This document shows positions 59,547 to 64,000 of a stretch of DNA of 64,000 bases, piece by piece. The translations under genes were made by a program, and so were the position numbers. The notes beneath the pieces were generated by a model. The model made no database searches. It was not told the origin of the DNA and was given only the letters and a program-made list of their open reading frames with translations. The stretch spans positions 7,590 through 71,589 of the forward strand of contig CAYTHX010000008.1 of the NCBI GenBank assembly GCA_964437705.1, given 5' to 3'. Position 1 is the first letter of the stretch; the number at the start of each line of letters is the position of its first letter. Origin of the DNA: an uncultured Nitrososphaeria archaeon. GTDB lineage: Archaea; Thermoproteota; Nitrososphaeria; Geothermarchaeales; JDFR-13.

Positions 59547-62153
59547 TTATAATATGATGTAGGAGATAGTAGGTCCAGCGATATACGGCTTTTCACCAAT
59601 ATATTCTTCTTCAATAACCCTTGTTTCTACTCCCTTAAGGATTTTATATAGTGATTCGACCGCTCCAGGCCTAAATAATGGTCTATTATTATTTCCACAC
59701 TGATATGAATATGTACAGTTAGGGCAGCCATCAACCCTGTTACAATCGCAAGTTTTAACTATCTCATATGCTCTCTTAAATGCTTCATCAAGTTTTCTAA
59801 ATAGTAGGAGCGTCGCTCCAGAACCACCTGGACAACCATCATAGACAAATATAGTTCCTGATAATCCCATCGATACACCACCAACTTCTCTAGCGCCACT
59901 ACCAGTAAAAATATCACTACTTTCTATCAATATATGTTCAACTGCATGGTACGTTCCAGCAATAGCCTCAATCTCCTCTACCTCGAATTCATATATAACA
60001 TCACCTGGATCCGGAGCTTTAAATACAAAACCTAAAGTTTCAAAGCTATATTCTAAAGGTTCATCTAATGAATACCTACCTTCAACTTCACCAGAATAAA
60101 TATTCTTAAGTATGTATCCCTCAACAACCTCTTTAATCCTCAATTTACAATATAAAACCTCAACTCCATATACAATCTTTCTCTCTAAGATGTCTAATAC
60201 CTCTGGCTGAGCATACCTTATAGCATCTGTCTTATACTGATGATCCCTTGGTAATGGTTCAACTTGAGAAACTCCTAGTCCAGATCTAATTATTTTCAGC
60301 GACTTAGATTGATATTTATATCCACCATGTAAGTACACAGCTCCTGGAAATAATTCTCTTAATGCCATTGGTAGTTCACGTTCACCGATGACTTTATCAC
60401 CTAAGTATATCCTAACTATATCCCCAATACCCCTAATGTTATATCTCTTAACGATTTTCCTAGCGATTGGACGTGGATAATATATGTTATCCTTAATATA
60501 AAGTATTTTTTCCTTAACGAGATCGTCTAAAATATCTTTATACTCCCGGAAATCGTCTAGCTTTAGCGGCTCATCTAATGAAGCAGCGATTAGTTGATAC
60601 TTAGCTACAACAGGGTTTCTCGGCTCTACATATATAGGCTCTAAATACGCAAAGTATTTCTCAGGATTTTTCTTGTAGTATGCACTAATAGGATCTCCAT
60701 TTCTTAGAACTAAAACACTTACTGCTTCTTGACCTCTTCTACCAGCTCTACCAGCTCTCTGTAGAAATCTAGATAAGCCTATCGGTAATGTTATAACAGC
60801 ATCTAAATCCCCAATATCAATTCCTAATTCTAAGGTTGATGTAGCTGAAATTACCATTAAACCTCCTCTTCTAAACTCAGCCTCGATGCGTCTCCTAAAC
60901 TCTTTACGTAAACCTGCTCTATGAACATGGCACCTAATACCGCTTCTATCAAGTATCTGTTTTATAATCTCAGCTTCAGAATGGCTATTTGAAAATACTA
61001 ATGTCTTAAATCCAGATTTAACTAATTTAGATACAATATCTGATATAGCGGCATGATGAGTCCTTAAAGATGGATAAAGCATTATAAAGTGCATTCTACC
61101 ACGTTTTCCCTTTTTACACTCAACAACCTCTACATCTCTATCAAATAGCGCTTCAGCGAATTCTTTTGGATTAGCAATTGTAGCTGAACTACCAATTAAT
61201 TGTACTTTACCACATAATCTCTGTAGACGCTTAAGTATAAAGTAGACATTTGAGCCGAATGCTCCTGTATACTCATGTAGTTCATCAACAACAACATACT
61301 TTACAGATTTTAGATGATACGTCAATTCTGTTCTATGACTTAAGTGGTAATGTAATATATCGAAGTTTGTAATTAAAATATCTGGTGGATCAGAATATAT
61401 CTTCTCCCTTTCACTCGTACTTGTATCACCATCAAAGACCTCTACAGTAACGCCTACATACGAACCCATCCTTTTAAGCTTCAGCAATTGATCCCTACTT
61501 AAGCTCTTAGTTGGATATATAAATAATGCTTTTACACCACGCTTCATATGAGTAACTAGAGGATAAAATGAAACACCCTTTTCAGAAGCTATTAAATGCA
61601 TAATCGGAACAGCAAATGCTTCAGTTTTACCATTACCAGTAGGTGCAACAATAACAATATCCTTACCATCAAGAATCTTCTTTATCGCCTCCTCCTGAAA
61701 TTTGTATAACCTAGTAATTCCTGCACTTTTCAAAGCTTCTTTTAAGTCATCATGGACATTTAAATTATCAACTGTACAGCCATATTCTGCATCAGTAGCC
61801 TCAAAAAGCCTATACAAAGCTATATAATCCTTTTCACTAAACAAAATATCACGAACTACGTCGGGCAGGTCCTCTAAGTTTAAGCCATACCTCTTAACCA
61901 TATCCACAATTTCACTCGGATCTCTTAATAATCCAGAAGATATAAGCTCACTCTTTAACTCTTTAATATCTTTAGCTAAACCTACATCATAGGCATCAAG
62001 AAATAAATAATATGCTACCAACCTATCCCTAACTCCAGCATCAAGTAAATATGACAATCCACAATTTTCACAAATAACAAAAAATCTAGTTGAATACTCA
62101 ATATTTGTTATCTTAACCTTACCACCACATCGAGGACAATCAAATGGCATCAA
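59547..62153 (-). CDS. SF2 helicase with DUF1998 (SftH/YprA/Hrq1-like) and N-terminal Zn ribbon
   Basis: APTGNGKT, DELH, SAT, QRAGRAGR, YDGCPGG, CxC...GCPNC. Confidence 0.92.
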   Translation of the reverse strand: MMPFDCPRCGGKVKITNIEYSTRFFVICENCGLSYLLDAGVRDRLVAYYLFLDAYDVGLAKDIKELKSELISSGLLRDPSEIVDMVKRYGLNLEDLPDVVRDILFSEKDYIALYRLFEATDAEYGCTVDNLNVHDDLKEALKSAGITRLYKFQEEAIKKILDGKDIVIVAPTGNGKTEAFAVPIMHLIASEKGVSFYPLVTHMKRGVKALFIYPTKSLSRDQLLKLKRMGSYVGVTVEVFDGDTSTSEREKIYSDPPDILITNFDILHYHLSHRTELTYHLKSVKYVVVDELHEYTGAFGSNVYFILKRLQRLCGKVQLIGSSATIANPKEFAEALFDRDVEVVECKKGKRGRMHFIMLYPSLRTHHAAISDIVSKLVKSGFKTLVFSNSHSEAEIIKQILDRSGIRCHVHRAGLRKEFRRRIEAEFRRGGLMVISATSTLELGIDIGDLDAVITLPIGLSRFLQRAGRAGRRGQEAVSVLVLRNGDPISAYYKKNPEKYFAYLEPIYVEPRNPVVAKYQLIAASLDEPLKLDDFREYKDILDDLVKEKILYIKDNIYYPRPIARKIVKRYNIRGIGDIVRIYLGDKVIGERELPMALRELFPGAVYLHGGYKYQSKSLKIIRSGLGVSQVEPLPRDHQYKTDAIRYAQPEVLDILERKIVYGVEVLYCKLRIKEVVEGYILKNIYSGEVEGRYSLDEPLEYSFETLGFVFKAPDPGDVIYEFEVEEIEAIAGTYHAVEHILIESSDIFTGSGAREVGGVSMGLSGTIFVYDGCPGGSGATLLLFRKLDEAFKRAYEIVKTCDCNRVDGCPNCTYSYQCGNNNRPLFRPGAVESLYKILKGVETRVIEEEYIGEKPYIAGPTISYIIL

Positions 62154-62221
62154 TAAGAAGTTATCATATAAATAAAATAATTTTCTTCAATACCTATGCT
62201 AATAGTAATTATTAGAGGTTT

Positions 62222-62923
62222 ATGAGGATTCTTGCTATTATTAGGGGGTATTATGGAGAAAGAATCGTATCCAATATTTCTAAAAGAGCCAAGGACTGGG
62301 ATATAAGTTATCATAAGATAAATATTACTTTTCCAAGCGTGATTGATGATCCGGAGGAATATATCGATAAATTCTTTGACCTAGAGATCTCTGATGTAGA
62401 TTTATTGTTATATATGCCTGAGAATCAAAGTGCATATACACTACTACCAGAGTTTATGAGAAAGTTTAATTTAAAGAGGGCTATTGCTCCTGTCGATGAC
62501 TATAACTGGCTTCCACGGGGCTTAGAGAAGCAAATACTTGAGGAGGCAAAAACATATGGCTTAAAAATTATTTTTCCAAGACCATTTTGCTCACTTACTA
62601 AAGTTGGTGATAAAGTTATAGATAGTTTTACAAGGAAATTTGGATCGCCAAGATTTAGTATCAAAATTAAAGATGGTGTTGTAAAAAGCGTTAGAGTACT
62701 TAGAAACACTCCATGTGGATCAGCATATTTTGTATCAAGAAAAATACTCGGTTTAGGCGTTAAAGAGGCACCTAGCTACGCTGGACTATATACACAAACG
62801 TATCCATGTTTAGCTACCCACACTATAGACCCATTACTTAAAGAGGAAATGATACATTTATCAGCTTCAATAATGAAGGAAGCTGTAAACCTCGCTATTA
62901 AAAAATCACTAGAAAAAGTTTAA
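62222..62923 (+). CDS. DUF166 family protein
   Basis: PRPFCSL, FG.P, VLRNTPCGS, YPCLA pattern. Confidence 0.75.
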   Translation: MRILAIIRGYYGERIVSNISKRAKDWDISYHKINITFPSVIDDPEEYIDKFFDLEISDVDLLLYMPENQSAYTLLPEFMRKFNLKRAIAPVDDYNWLPRGLEKQILEEAKTYGLKIIFPRPFCSLTKVGDKVIDSFTRKFGSPRFSIKIKDGVVKSVRVLRNTPCGSAYFVSRKILGLGVKEAPSYAGLYTQTYPCLATHTIDPLLKEEMIHLSASIMKEAVNLAIKKSLEKV

Positions 62924-63209
62924 AATCTCTATATCCTACAAAGGTGAATTTAAATAATCATTATCAGTAATGCAGAATTTTTAACTTAATAGATCGCTTA
63001 GAATACCTATCTATTTCACTGTTAGCTATGTTAATGTTAATGTGGTAGACTCATACTAACTTTATCTAGTTAGAGAGCGAATTTTTAGTTACTAAAACGA
63101 TATTCGGTCCCCTAATACTTGAGTGCTGTTCTTACTGCATAAACAATGATATGCATCTCTACTTGTAAGAATTAAAATAATTTAGTTATATTACTACTAT
63201 TCTTTTCAT

Positions 63210-63950
63210 TTGGCTATGTTTACTGAAGAAATAAACGAACTGTTCAGCTATGATGTACGTAAGGTTGATAAGTACTTTAAAAGGTTAGAAGTTAAATCTA
63301 TGGATATTATCAACTATCCAGCTATAATCAGGTTAGATGGCGTCAATTTTAGTAAGTATTTATCCAATTTTAATTCACCACGCGATATTCGTGTGCATAA
63401 AGCGCTTATATACGGTGCAGAGAAGTTGATAAGAACCTTTAATGCTATATGTGGGTATATTACTAGTGATGAGGTTAATATCTTATTGTCAAGATATATT
63501 CCATATTCATCTAGACACGAGAAAATAATTAGTATTTCCTCCGGAATATTATCATCAGCCGTTTCCATTAAGCTAGGTATTCCACTATACTTTGATGCTA
63601 GAATTATAGAAATCACCAATATAAATGATATAAAAGCTTATTTTCTATATAGGATGAAAATAGGCTTTAACAACTACATCTCTAAAGTCTATCACAATAT
63701 ATTTCCTGGTAGTAAAACCCCAGACTTAAAATATATGCTTCATAAACTAGCTTCAAAAAATATTAACCTTAGTAACATTCCTACATGGGAATATCTAGGT
63801 AGCTGTTTAGTTTGGGAAGAGTATATTAAAAATGGCTATAACCCTATTACAAAAAGGAGTGTTAAATCTAAGCGTAGAAAACTTGTAGTTTATGACGGTA
63901 GATATTGTATAAAATATTTTGGAATATTTTCAAAGTTTCTATGCACATGA
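63210..63950 (+). CDS. Thg1-like 3'-5' nucleotidyltransferase
   Basis: IIRLDGVNF, SDEVNI, FDARI, GYNP. Confidence 0.88.
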   Translation: MAMFTEEINELFSYDVRKVDKYFKRLEVKSMDIINYPAIIRLDGVNFSKYLSNFNSPRDIRVHKALIYGAEKLIRTFNAICGYITSDEVNILLSRYIPYSSRHEKIISISSGILSSAVSIKLGIPLYFDARIIEITNINDIKAYFLYRMKIGFNNYISKVYHNIFPGSKTPDLKYMLHKLASKNINLSNIPTWEYLGSCLVWEEYIKNGYNPITKRSVKSKRRKLVVYDGRYCIKYFGIFSKFLCT

Positions 63951-64000
63951 TATAAATTTCGTAGCTTTCTCAATTCCTTTCCTAACGATATCGGCACACT

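Noticed and set aside
59547..62153. DUF1998 helicase as part of DISARM or Druantia
   Set aside because: No partner defence genes nearby; fits a stand-alone repair helicase.

Overview
AT-rich archaeal chromosomal segment, most likely a thermophilic Thermoproteota (TACK) organism, judged from the group II chaperonin, wtpABC, type I-A Cas genes, GGTGA Shine-Dalgarno motifs and a C/D box sRNA. 1-8.8 kb: type I-A CRISPR-Cas locus on the minus strand (csa1, cas1, cas2, cas4, csa5, cas7, cas5, partial cas8a) and a divergent array of 38 repeats (23 bp) and 37 spacers; a cas6 lies alone about 18 kb away. 9-16.4 kb: toxin-antitoxin patch (VapBC, PIN/AbrB, two MNT-HEPN pairs), mostly frameshifted. The rest holds pstSCAB, ModE-like regulator plus wtpABC, thermosome, a lysA / class III PLP enzyme / dipeptide epimerase / peptide ABC transporter cluster, a MoxR-DUF58 operon, a DUF1998 helicase and a Thg1-like gene. 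Best leads: (1) a candidate D-amino-acid or bacterial cell-wall peptide scavenging cluster whose PLP enzyme has atypical active-site residues; (2) five CTATATAG boxes spaced exactly 21 bp apart upstream of pstS; (3) a cas2 with no canonical start, in frame directly behind the cas1 stop. All calls come from reading motifs by eye; no searches were run.
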